From assembly GCF_004010195.1 (NCBI RefSeq), contig NC_057718.1:86982139-87046138 (forward strand): a stretch of DNA of 64,000 bases, given 5' to 3'. Below are positions 37,791 through 49,520 of this stretch, piece by piece; positions within the stretch are counted from its first letter, which is position 1; each line of letters starts with the position of its first letter. This DNA comes from Chiloscyllium plagiosum. Its lineage: Eukaryota. The notes beneath the pieces are model-generated. The model was not told where the DNA came from and made no database searches. It saw only the letters and a list, made by a program, of their open reading frames with translations. The position numbers and the translations under genes are program-made.

Positions 37791-40084
37791 TTTAGTTTTA
37801 CATCTACTGGACAGACATGATTTGAAACTAGCCCAAAATAGTTGAAAGAAAAATGTCCTTTTGATGATGAATCTTTAGGGTCATAAGTTAAATTAATATT
37901 AGCTGTCTCAAATGCAACTCATAGGAGATGTAAGCCCAGGACGTAAAACTATCCATAAATTGCCACTAATTGTATAGCTTCACTCAAGGAAGATACAGGG
38001 ATAGATGGTGTGACAAACAAAAATATCTTGCTGGGTGATTTGTTAGAGAACAACAACACATAATGCTAAAGAACTAATAATTTTATTCATAAACTATTAA
38101 TACCACCCTATCCAATTAATATCTGCTTCATAATCATAGCCAATAAGTTACTGTTTGAGGTACAATTCACAAAACACTTTTGACAGGGGACAAAAACTGG
38201 ACCCAAAACGTTAACTCTACTTTGTCTCCACAGATGCTTATAGGCCTGAGTTTCCCCAACAATTTCAATTTTTATTTCAGATTTCCGTATCTGCAGTTCT
38301 TTGTTGTATTTTGATAGGAATTTGATTTGTTATACTAATACTAAATTATAGAAAAGTATAAGCGTAAAAGAGCCATATTCTGTTTAACAAGAGCATAAGA
38401 GAGAGGAACGGCAGTAGGCTTTTTAGCTTCTTGAGCCCTCTCTACCATTCAGTGAGATTATGGTGAGCTACATAGAACACCACTTTTTGTGTACTAGCCT
38501 TTGATATTGATCAGTCTCAGCATTGGGGATCATACCTCCAATCTGATTAAATCTGTGGCAGCAAAGCCCATGGATGGCCTTCCGCACTAATTGGGGCACA
38601 AAATGGGCAATTCAAGCCAATTAAAGGTCTTATCTTACCATTGCTGCTATTAACCCAGCAATACACGAAGGGCTTGCCATTTATCTGGCATGTCTATAAA
38701 ACTTTGTTCGTGGGCCTAATTGAGATAACTGGCATCAGGTACGGAGAAAGGTGGTACTGAAAGCCAGCTGCTGTGGCCTCAGACCTAATCATTGTACTTT
38801 AGGTGGATATAACACTAACAGCAGCAATTACCTCCCTGAGGGTCCTCTCCTTCAATAGAGTTGCATCTCTCTGATTGGTCAAAACACCCCTCAACATTTG
38901 GTGATCTTTAATACTCAAATTTACCATTTTCAAATCTGAAAATGCCCATTCTCCTCAGAATATCCTGGAAGAGTGAGGTATTCTCAATGACTTGTGCAAC
39001 ACATGAAGCTATTGCAGTAGCAGCAGACATGATATTTTCCACTAACAGGATGCTATTGACCAGCCAAAAGAAAATGTTCTGTCAGAGTTCAACAAGCACT
39101 GTGCTGAAATAGACTTCTGCTTCTCACCCTGTCCATACAGATTTTCTGATTAGCCATTTCTCTGATAGTGACAATCTATAACAGGCACTCTACTCTGATA
39201 GCAACAGCCAGGATTGGCCCATTTTCACCAGATCCAACAGCAAAAAGGCATCAACTGACCAACCTAATTCTACACTGTTAATTTTCATGGAATCTGGGCT
39301 CCATTCCAGTGTATTAGGTCAATGTCAGGTTTTTCCCACCTGGTTCGTGTGATGGTCATGAGTGTCTGGACTCCCTATCCATCCCAAGTTTCAGAAATTG
39401 AAAAGCCATTCCACAGGAGTAACTGCAGAAATTGTATTCAACATTTTGCACATTATATTAAGTTTTGAGCAGAACAATATGAAACTACAAGCAGGAAATT
39501 TGACCTTTCTTTATAGTGCTGTGTAACATTAACACAACACCTGGACAGCATTCATTATTATCATATTTGTAAAAACTAGCCAAGTTGTAACAATCGTTTA
39601 CAGTCTAAGTCAATGGTTCAACCTGAACTTACAGTTTGAAGCTCAAAATATTTTCAAATCAATGTTATTGCACACCTCTGGGACAGGTGGGACTTGAACA
39701 TTTAGCAATTTTAGGTCAAGCTACCCAGGGCATTTTGTTTGCCATATAAATTTATCTTACCAATTCTACACCTACAATGACTTTGAATTGGCTCTATTAA
39801 CTTCTGTTAAGTCTGGATATAATACCGGCAAGGAGCAATTGTGACACCATCGATGACCCTTTTCATCGAAATAAAAACAAAGTGCTGGAGAAAGTCAGAT
39901 AATTTGGTGACATGTGTGGAAAGAGAAACAGAGTTAATGCTTCAAATCCAATATGACTCTTCAGACTTAAAATATTAACTCTGTTTCTCTCTCCTTAGCT
40001 GCTTCTAGATCTTCTGAGTTTTTTCAGTACTTCCTGTTTTTATTTAAGACCTCCAGCATCTGCAATAGTTTGTTGAGAGAGGAC

Positions 40085-41300
40085 TGAGGGCAGGAATTAG
40101 CTAGGATGGATTTGCATTGCTTTTTGAGGACAGGGTATGTCTGTGTAATTTTCCATGTTGCCAGGTAGATGGCAGTATTGTAGCTGGACTAGGGGCATAA
40201 TTACTCCTGGAGCACAAATTTTCAGTTCTATTGCCGGAATGCAAATGTTTGCATTTTGTTTACAGTAACCAGTGCCTTCAGCTGTTTCTTGGTACCATGT
40301 GAGGTGAATTGAATTGGCTTAAGGCTAGTCTCTGTGACACTGAAGACCTCAGTAGAAGGTCAAGATGGATCATCCACTCAGCATTTCTGACTGAGGATGG
40401 ATATAAATTCTCACCTGATATGCTGGCCTCCTCCATCATTGAGGATAGTGATATTAGTGGAGTTTCCTGAAGGATCTATGATTTGTAGGATTTCATAGCT
40501 CCTGGTATCATATCCTGCTTCCACTGTTTGGCATGCAAGTAGTGTGATAGCTTCACCAGGTTGACACATCATTTTTAGGTATGTTCGGTGATGCTTTTGG
40601 TATGCTGTCCTGCACTCTTCATTGAACTAAGATTGGTTACCTGATCATAGAGTGAGGGATATACTGGACCAGTGAGGATACAGATTGAATATAGTTCTGC
40701 TATTGATGGCTCATAGCACCTCACAAAGTCAAATCTTGAGATGCAAGATCTGTTCAAACTTTATCTCATTTAGCATAAAACAATATAGGATATCCTCAGT
40801 GTGAAGATCCAGCCTGATTTCACCTCCACAAGGACTATGTAATAGTTGCCCCTATCAGTACTGTCATGAACAAATACAATAACATGGATGGAGGTAGATT
40901 AGAGGGAATAAGGTCAAGAAGGTTTCTCTCACCACCTGCCACAGTCTCAATCTAGCAGATACGCCCTTTTGGATTCAGCTAGTAGTGGTGCTGCCAAGCC
41001 ACTCTTAGTGCTGGATATTGATGTTCCCTACTCAAATACTTTCTGTGAACTTACTACCCTTAGTATTTCCTTCAAGTTCTGTTCAGCATCAGGAGTACTG
41101 ATACTTCAACTGTGAGAATTAGCCAAAGATTTCCTTGACCTGAAGCCGTAAGACTACATGGGGTCCAGTGAAGATGTTGAGGACCCCCATGGCAACTCCC
41201 TCCTGTCTATATAATACTATGCTACCAGCTCTGGTGCATCTGTCCTACCAATGGAGCAAGACTTAATCACGGATGCTATTGTTGGTGTTTATAATAGTGT
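40085..41300 (-). mobile_element. Degraded LINE family B fragment (EN to RT start)
   Basis: Colinear with 54500-55860. Confidence 0.65.
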
Positions 41301-42384
41301 TTGCGTGTGCGGATATAGATGGCAAAGCAAAGAAAGATACAAATCAATGGTTTAATTTGTGCAAGGGAGGGAGATGTAAAATATGGATGTGAACATTTTA
41401 TATGAATAAATCAAAAAGAATTGCTTACTGATTATAAGTGATTATGATAATATAATAGATTTTTAATAAATGAATCCAAAATTATATAAATGACTACTGA
41501 ATTTCAGTACAAGACATTGAACTCAAATCCAGGTCAAACAACTGCTTGAAACCAATTTCAATCCACAGCTTTTAGTGTTTGATGTAAGCTAAAGCTCCTT
41601 TGGCATTTAGAATAAACACTGCCAATCAGCTGGGAGTTTGGCCGTGTCATTTCTCATCCATCAGCCTCACTGAGAATCAAATAAACAGAGCAGCATGAGT
41701 CATGATTAAGGAAACTGCATGAGCCTGCTTACCTTGACTATCCCATTTCCTGCTTAACTTATTTATATACAGGTAGTTTGTGCTACTGCACAGGCATTGT
41801 ACAAAATTTTCAGAAGAATCCTTATTAAATGACAATTTGATTAGTGAACCCACTAATGGTAATCTTCATGGCAGTGTTTCTTGGTTTCAGTGATGATGAG
41901 TCACCATGAAGCCAAAATGGAACTAGAGGATAAAGGTTAGATGAATCATGTTAAGTTCTACAGGCAGCTCCTTAGATAATTAAGCAGTCTGTGACCTCAT
42001 GCAATAAAATCTGTGTAACATCCAGGCTTGGGCTAATAAATCTCAAGTAACATGTGTGCCACATAAGTGCCAGAAATTAACCATCTTCAACGTGAAAGAA
42101 ACTATAAGCGGCGACTCTTGACAATCACATGCAAAACAGTCATTAATTCTCCCACCGCAATGACCTGGATGTCACCATTAACCAGAAACCTAACTAAATC
42201 AGCTATCTACACACTGTTTCTACAAGAGCAAGTCAGAGAATGGGTCGTTTATGGCACGTGGCTCACCTCCTGACTTCTCAAAGACTTTCCACTGTCTACA
42301 AGGCACAAGTCAGAAGTGTGATGGAATACTGTCCACTTGACTGGATAAGTACAATTCCAAAGCACTTTTCACAATCTCTGCAGA

Positions 42385-43175
42385 GATAGAACAAAGAACA
42401 ATATAGCACCGGAATAAGCCCTTTGGCTCTCTAAGCCTGCACCGATACATTTTGTCCTTTCATATTAAATCTGTCTCCACTTGCAGGATATATATCCCTC
42501 TATTCCCTTCCATGTATTTGTCCAGGTGCTTCTTGAATGCTGCTATGCTTCCACCACCTCCTCCAGCAGCGCGTTCCAAGTACTCACCACCCTTTGTGTG
42601 AAAAACGTGCCTCAGGCATTTTGTTTAAACTTTCCATCCCACACCTTGAACCTATGTTCCTAGTAATTGACACCTCCACCCTGGGAAAAATCCTTATATT
42701 TTCCACTCTATCTATGACATTCACAATCTTATAAACTTCTATCAGGTCACTCCACAACATCCTGCATTCCAGTGAAAACAAACCCAGTCTATCCAATTTT
42801 ATTCAGAGCTAAAATCCCCCATAGGCAATATCCTAGCAAACCTTTTCTGTGTACTCTCTCCAAAGCATCCGCATCCTTCTGGTAGTGTGGTGACCAGAAC
42901 TATAAGTGATATTCTAAGTGTGGCCTAACTGAAGTTCTATAAGTGAAGAAAGTGAGGACTGCAGATGCTGGAGATCAGAGTCGATATTGTGGTGCTGGAA
43001 CAGCACAGCAGGTCAGACAGCATCCAAGGAGCAGGCGAATCTTGCTCCTTCCAATGAGGGGAAGCATGCCATTAGCGTTTTTTACTACATTATCTATCTT
43101 TGCTGCCACCTTCAGTGATCTGTGAACCTGCACACCCAGATCTCCCTGCATATCAATACTTCTAAGGGTTCTGCT
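42385..43175 (-). mobile_element. CR1 3' fragment with a short PLE insert (about 42943-43040)
   Basis: LGLFSLECRMLWSDLIEVYKI ORF2 C-terminus. Flanked at about 41990-42370 by a LINE family B fragment. Confidence 0.75.
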
Positions 43176-44822
43176 ATAGTTAGTTAGATAGATAGTTAAT
43201 GTTTAAAAAATAATTCAAACTCCCAGTTATTTTCTGAAAGAACGATGCCGCATGATTTTGCATTTCCAAACAAGTTGGAGGTGATTTCCTCGAATTCCAG
43301 GAGCAGCAATTACTGTTTTATATGGTATTGCATTTTTTTGGAACTTTGGAGAAAAATAAGTCATAAAATAGTACTTTTAAAAGAGAGAGGAACAAACAAA
43401 GGCAGCACATGGTCTGTGCAGGAGAGAGAGAGAGAGAGAAAGAAACCCACACTGCTCTCTGAACCTGTGCAGTTACTGCCTTTGCTGTTGAATTCATGTA
43501 ATGCTGGACATCAGAGTGTGTCTGGGAAAGTTAACATACAGTGAAATTCACAACTGATCTTGGAGGAACCTGTTTGGGAGAGGTCACAGCACAGAAACAG
43601 ATAAGCAAATGGTTTTAAGTATTGCCTTACAATAAGTCTGCAGTAGTGAGTAGAGTGGATTCTTTCTTGATGATATGTTTTGTGGGATATGTCTCTTGAT
43701 TAAACTTAAAAATATAAGCCACAAGTATTAAGTTAGCCTGGAGCAGTGTTTTGTAGAGGAATAAAATGGTGCTACTTTCTGGGTCTGCAGATTGGAAGAA
43801 GCAAAAATGGTCCTTAGTAGAATGATGTGCTCTTCTTGTCAGATGTGGGAGTTTAGGGAGAATTTACATGTTACTGATGATTATATCTGCAATAAATGCC
43901 GTTGGTTACGAATCCTATCAGATTGAATGGATTGGTTGGAGCGACAGTTAGAGGCAATGAGGAATTTACAAGAGCATGGGGGGGTGATGGATGGCAGTCA
44001 TAGGAAGGGGGGGGGGGGAAAGTCACAGATACAGTCACATAGATGGGTTAACTCCAGGAAAGGTATGAGAGGTAGGCAGGTAGTGCAGGAGTCTTCTGTG
44101 GCTATCCCCATTTCAAACAAGTAGGCTGTTTTGGAAGATGTAGAGGATGATGGATTCTCAGGGGAATGTACACGAACAGTCAAGTTTCTGGTATTGAGAC
44201 TAGCTCTAATGCAATGAGGGGTACGTCGGGTTCCAAGAGATCGATTATGTTAGGAGACTCCCTAGTCCGAGGCACAGACAGATGTTTCTGTGGCCAGCAG
44301 CGAAAAATCAGAATGGTGTATTGCCTCACGGATGCCAGGATCAAGGTGGCTCAGAGAGGTAATCTGAGGTAACCCTCTTCGCTGTTCACTACACCTCCAA
44401 TTTTGGTGTCATCTGCAAACTTACTAACTGTACCTCTTATGATCACATCCAAATCATTTATGTAAATGACAAAAAGTAGTGGACCTAGCACTGATCCTTG
44501 TGGCACTCCACTGGTCACAGGCCTCCAGTCTTGAAAAACAACCCTCCACCACCAACCTCTGTCTTTTACCTTTGAGCCAGTTCTGTATCCAAATGGCTAG
44601 TTCTCCCTGTATTCCATGAGATCTAACCTTGCGAATCAGTCTCCCATGGGGAACCTTGTCGAATGCTTTACTGAAGTCCATATAGATCACATCTACCGCT
44701 CTGCCCTCATCAATCCTCTTTGTTACTTCTTCAATAAGCTTAATCAAGTTTGTGAGACATGATTTCCCACGCACAAAGCCATGTTGACCATCCCGAATCA
44801 GTCCTTGCCCTTCCAAATACAT

Positions 44823-45613
44823 CCAATTCTGGATCAGTGGTGCTGGAAGAGCACAGCAATTCAGGCAGCATCCGAAAAGCTTCGAAATCGACGTTTCGGG
44901 CAAAAGCCCTTCATCAGGAATAAAGGCAGAGAGCCTGAAGCGTGGAGAGATAAGCTAGAGGAGGGNNNNNNNNNNNNNNNNNNNNNNNNNNNNNNNNNNN
45001 NNNNNNNNNNNNNNNNNNNNNNNNNNNNNNNNNNNNNNNNNNNNNNNNNNNNNNNNNNNNNNNNNNNNNNNNNNNNNNNNNNNNNNNNNNNNNNNNNNNN
45101 NNNNNNNNNNNNNNNNNNNNNNNNNNNNNNNNNNNNNNNNNNNNNNNNNNNNNNNNNNNNNNNNNNNNNNNNNNNNNNNNNNNNNNNNNNNNNNNNTCCT
45201 CGGTAGAGTGGGAGGGGGAGTTGAAATGTTGGGCCACTGGGCGATTTGGTTGATTGGTGCGTGTGTCTCGGAGATGTTCCCTAAAGCGCTCTGCTTGGAG
45301 GCGCCCAGTCTCCCCAATGTAGAGGAGTCCGCATCGGGAGCAACGGATACAATAGCTGATATTAGTGGATGTGCAGGTAAAACTTTGATGGATGTGGAAA
45401 GCTCCTTTGGGGCCTTGGATGGAGGTGAGGGAGGAGGTGTGGGCGCAGGTTTTACAGTTCCTGCGGTGGCAGGGGAAAGTGCCAGGATGGGAGGGTGGGT
45501 CGTAAGGGGGCGTGGACCTGACCAGGTAGTCACGGAGGGAACGGTCTTTGCGGAAGGCGGAGAGGGGTGGGGAGGGAAATATATCCCTGGTGGTGGGGTC
45601 TGTTTGGAGGTGG
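44823..45613 (-). mobile_element. Penelope-like (Neptune-type) 3' fragment: Cys-rich linker, GIY-YIG endonuclease and terminal repeat
   Basis: PCHRRNCKTC, YCIRCSRCGLLYIGETGR, ERFREH and HFN. 14-bp TSD ccttccaaatacat (44809-44822 and 45614-45627). Contains an N-gap. Confidence 0.9.
44886..44921 (-). ncRNA. Minimal type I hammerhead ribozyme motif
   Basis: AUUC-CUGAUGA-A-GGGC(uuuu)GCCC-GAAA-CG-UC-GAUU, with palindromic ACGU stem III. Confidence 0.7.
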
Positions 45614-47628
45614 CCTTCCAAATACATGTACATCCTGTCCCTCAGGATTCCCTCCAACAATTTGCCCACCACTGAGGTAAGGCTCAATGGTCTATAGTTC
45701 CCTGGCTTGTCCATACCACCCTTCTTAAATAGTGGCACCATGTCTGCCAACCTCCAGTCTTCCGATACCTCATCTGTGACTACTGATGATACAAATATCT
45801 CAGCAAGAGGCCCAGCAATCACTTTTCTAGTTTCCCACAGAGTTCTCGGGTACACCTGATCAGGTCCTGGGGTTTTATCCACCTTTACCCGTTTCAAGAC
45901 ATCCAGCACTTCCTCCTCTGTAATCTGGACATTTCACAAGATGTCACCATCTATTTCCCTAAATTCTATATCTTCCATATCCTTTTTCACTGTAAATACT
46001 GATGCAAAATATTAATTTTGTATCTCTCCCACTTTCTGCGGCTCCAAACAAAGGCCGCCTTGCTGATCTTTGAGGGGCCCTATTCTCTCCCTAGTTACCC
46101 TTTTGTCCTTAATATATTTGTAAGAACCTTTGGATTCTCCTTAATTCTATTTGCCAAAGCTATCTCATGTCCCCTTTTTGCCCTCCTGATTTCCTCTTAA
46201 GTATACTCCTACTTCCTTTATACTTTCTAAGGATTCACTCGATCTATCTGATCTCACCTTTCATATGCTTCCTTCTTTTTCTTAACCAAACCGTCAATTT
46301 CTTTAGTCATTTAGCATTCATATCTGGATTACTCCTGGTGCTGCGAGCTGGTGAGAGTAGGATTAGGAGGATAGAGCAGATGAATGGATGGCTGAGGAGC
46401 AGGTGTATGGGAGAAGGATTCACATTTTTGGATCATTGGAATTTCTTCTGGGTTAGAACTGACCTGTACAAGAAGGACTGATTGCACCTGAATTGGAAGC
46501 GGACTAATATACTGGCAGGGAGATTTCCTCGAGCTGCTCAGGAGGAGCAGCTAGTAAGGGAGGGGGGGTGGGATCCAGGGAGATAATGAGGAAAGAGGTC
46601 AATCTGAGGCTGGTACAGTTGAGAAAAGAAGCGAGTCAAACAGTTAGGACAGGCAGGGACAAATCAGAGAACAAGGTAGGACTGATAAATTAAACTGCAT
46701 TTACTTCATGCAAGAAGCATAACAGGGAAGGCAGATGAATTCAGGGCATGGTTAGGAACATGGGACTAGGATATCATAGCAATTACAGAAACATGGCTCA
46801 GGGATGGGCAGGACTGGCAGCTTAATGTTCCAGGATATAAATGCTACAGAAAGGACAGAAAGGGGGGCAAGAGAGGAGGGGGAGTGGCGTTTTTGATAAG
46901 GGATAGCATTATAGCTGTACTGAGGGAGGGTAGTCTCAGAAATACATCAGGGAAGTTATTTGGGTTGAACTGAGAAATAAGAAAGAGATGATCACCTTGT
47001 TGGGATTGTATTATAGACCCCCTAATAGTCAGCGGGAAACAGAAACAAATTTATAAGGAGATTTCAGTTATCTCTAAGAATAATAGGGTCATTATGATAG
47101 GGGATTTTAACTTTCCAAACACAGACTGGGACTGCCATAGTGTTAAGGGTTTAGATGGAGAGAAGTTTGTTAAGTGTGTACAAGAACATTTTCTGATTCA
47201 GTAGGTGGATGTACCTACTAGAGAAGGTGCAAAATTTGACCTACTCTTGGGAAATAAGGCAGGGCAGGTGACTGAGGTGTCAGTGAGGGAGCACTTTGGG
47301 GCCAGCGACCATAATACTTTTAGCTTTAAAATAGTGATGGAAAAGGATAGACCAGATCTAAAAGTTGTAGTTCTAAATTGGAGAAAGGCCAATTTTGACA
47401 GTATTAGGCAAGAACTTCCAAAAGCTGTTTGGGGGCAGATGTCCGCAGGTAAAGGGACGGCTGAATAATGGGTAGCCTTCAGAAATGAGATAACGAGAAT
47501 CCAGAGACAGTATATTCCTGTTAGGGTGAAAGGAAAGGCTGGTTGATATAGGAGATGCTGGATGACTAAAGAAATTGAGTTAAAAATTGCACAACACCAG
47601 GTTACAGTCCAACAGGTTTATTTGGAAG

Positions 47629-47663
47629 CACTAGCTTTCGGAACGCTGCTCCTTCATCAGGTG
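47629..47663 (-). ncRNA. Minimal type I hammerhead ribozyme motif
   Basis: CAC-CUGAUGA-A-GGAG(cagcg)UUCC-GAAA-GC-UA-GUG. A more degenerate mirror copy lies at 49907-49941 (+). Confidence 0.7.
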
Positions 47664-47850
47664 GTTGTGGAGTATAATATTGTAGGACACAGAATTTATA
47701 GCAAAAGTTTACAGTGTGATGTAACTGAAATTATGTATTGAAAAAGATCTGGATTATTTGTTAAGTCTCTCATCTTTTAGAATGAACATGATGGTTTCAG
47801 TTCTTTCATAATGTAATTCACAGAACTTTTTTAAAGTTACATTCTCAAGT

Positions 47851-48753
47851 TTGTAGATGACGCCAAAATTAGAGGTGTAGTGGACAGCAAAGAGGGTTAC
47901 CTCAGATTACAACAGGATCTGGACCAGATGGGCCAATGGGCTGAGAAGTGGCAGATGGAGTTTAATTCAGATAAATGCGAGGTGCTGCATTTTGGGAAAG
48001 CAAATCTTAGCAGGACTTATACACTTAATGGTAAGGACCTAGGGAGTGTTGCTGAACAAAGAGACATTGGAGTGTAGGTTCATAGCTCCTTGAAAGTGGA
48101 GTCGCAGGTGAAGAAGGCGTTTAGTATGCTTTCCTTTATTGGTCAGAATATTGAGTACAGGAGTTGGAGGTCATGTTGCGGCTGTACAGGACATTAGTTA
48201 GGCCACTGTTGGAATGTTGCGTGCAATTCTGGTCTCCTTCCTATCGGAAAGATGTTTTGAAACTTGAAAGGGTTCAGAAAAGATTTACAAGGATGTTGCC
48301 AGGGTTGGAGGATTTGAGCTACAGGGAGAAGCTGAACGGGCTGGGGCTGTTTTCCCTGGAGCATCGGAGGTGAGGGGTGACCTTATAGAGGTTTACAAAA
48401 TTATGAGGGGCATGGATAGGATAAATAGACAAAGTCTTTTCCCTGGGGTCGGGGAATCCAGAACTAGAGAACATAGGTTTAGGGTGAGAGGGGAAAAGAT
48501 ATAAAAGAGACCTCAGGGACAACTTTTTCACGCAGAGGATGGTACGTGTATGGAATGAGCTGCCAGAGGATGCGGTGGAGGTGGTACAATTGCAACATTT
48601 AAGAGGCATTTGGATGGGTATATGAATAGGAAGGGTTTGGAGGGATATGGGTCGGGTACTGGCAGGTGGGACTAGATTGGGTTGGGATATCTGGTCGGCA
48701 CGGACGGGTTGGACCGAAGGGTCTGTTTCCATGCCGTACATCTCTATGACTCT
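47851..48753 (+). mobile_element. CR1 subfamily C 3' fragment nested in the PLE left arm
   Basis: Starts at FVDDAKI and ends in the tctctatgactct tail. Confidence 0.88.
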
Positions 48754-48932
48754 AACTAGTGTCATGTCGGCCCAGATTGAAGGTGTTAGCTCCTTATGTG
48801 AGGCTGTCTGTGTCACAATGGTCAGACTGATTCTAATCTAAAAAACGGATTTACAGAACCTTACATGGATTCATTCAGCTTTTGGGCAAAATAAAATGTA
48901 ATTCTGCAAGTACAAATTCACCCCACAAACTT

Positions 48933-49336
48933 ATGTGTGTGTGTGTGTGTGGGCGCATGCATGTGGGTGTGTGTGAGGGCGGGTGTGTTTATGAGTGTCT
49001 GTGAGCGTGTGTGTGAGTGTGAGTGTCAAGGTGTATAAGTCTGTGAGAGGGTGCATGTAGGTGTGAGTGTATGTGTAGCCTATGAGAGCTTATGTATGAG
49101 AAAGGGTCTGTAGGAGAGTATATGTGTCTGTAGGAGTGTGTGGGGGGGGGAGTATCTGTGTCTGTGAGTGTGTGTCTGTCTGTCTGTGAGTGTGCGTCTG
49201 TGTCTGTGTGTGTCTGTGTCTGTATCTGTCTGTGGTGCAGTGGCGTCACCTGAAGTGTGACCTGAACCCAAGGTCTCGGTTGAGGCCATCCCCATGGGTA
49301 CCGAACTTGGATAGTGAAACCGATCTCTCTCTGTCT

Positions 49337-49377
<41 letters not shown>

Positions 49378-49520
49378 CACACACACACACACACACACAC
49401 ATACGTTCACACATCGATTCCCACACTCACACCCGCTCACAGACTTATGCCCCTTTTCACTCACACATACACACTCTCTCACAGATACTCATAATCATAC
49501 CTGCCCCCATGCACACACAC
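48933..49520. repeat. (TG)n-rich tract (48933-49235) and (CA)n-rich tract (about 49330-49520)
   Basis: Directly visible dinucleotide repeats in opposite orientation. Confidence 0.9.

Larger units (their letters stand above)
44359..46319 (-). mobile_element. Inverted internal CR1 subfamily C ORF2 segment lacking a 3' end
   Basis: Runs from MTKEI to [11 protein letters not shown] on the minus strand inside ORF1 of the plus-strand copy. Confidence 0.85.

Noticed and set aside
38520..38960. Possible old non-autonomous DNA element
   Set aside because: No terminal inverted repeats or TSD could be defined by eye.
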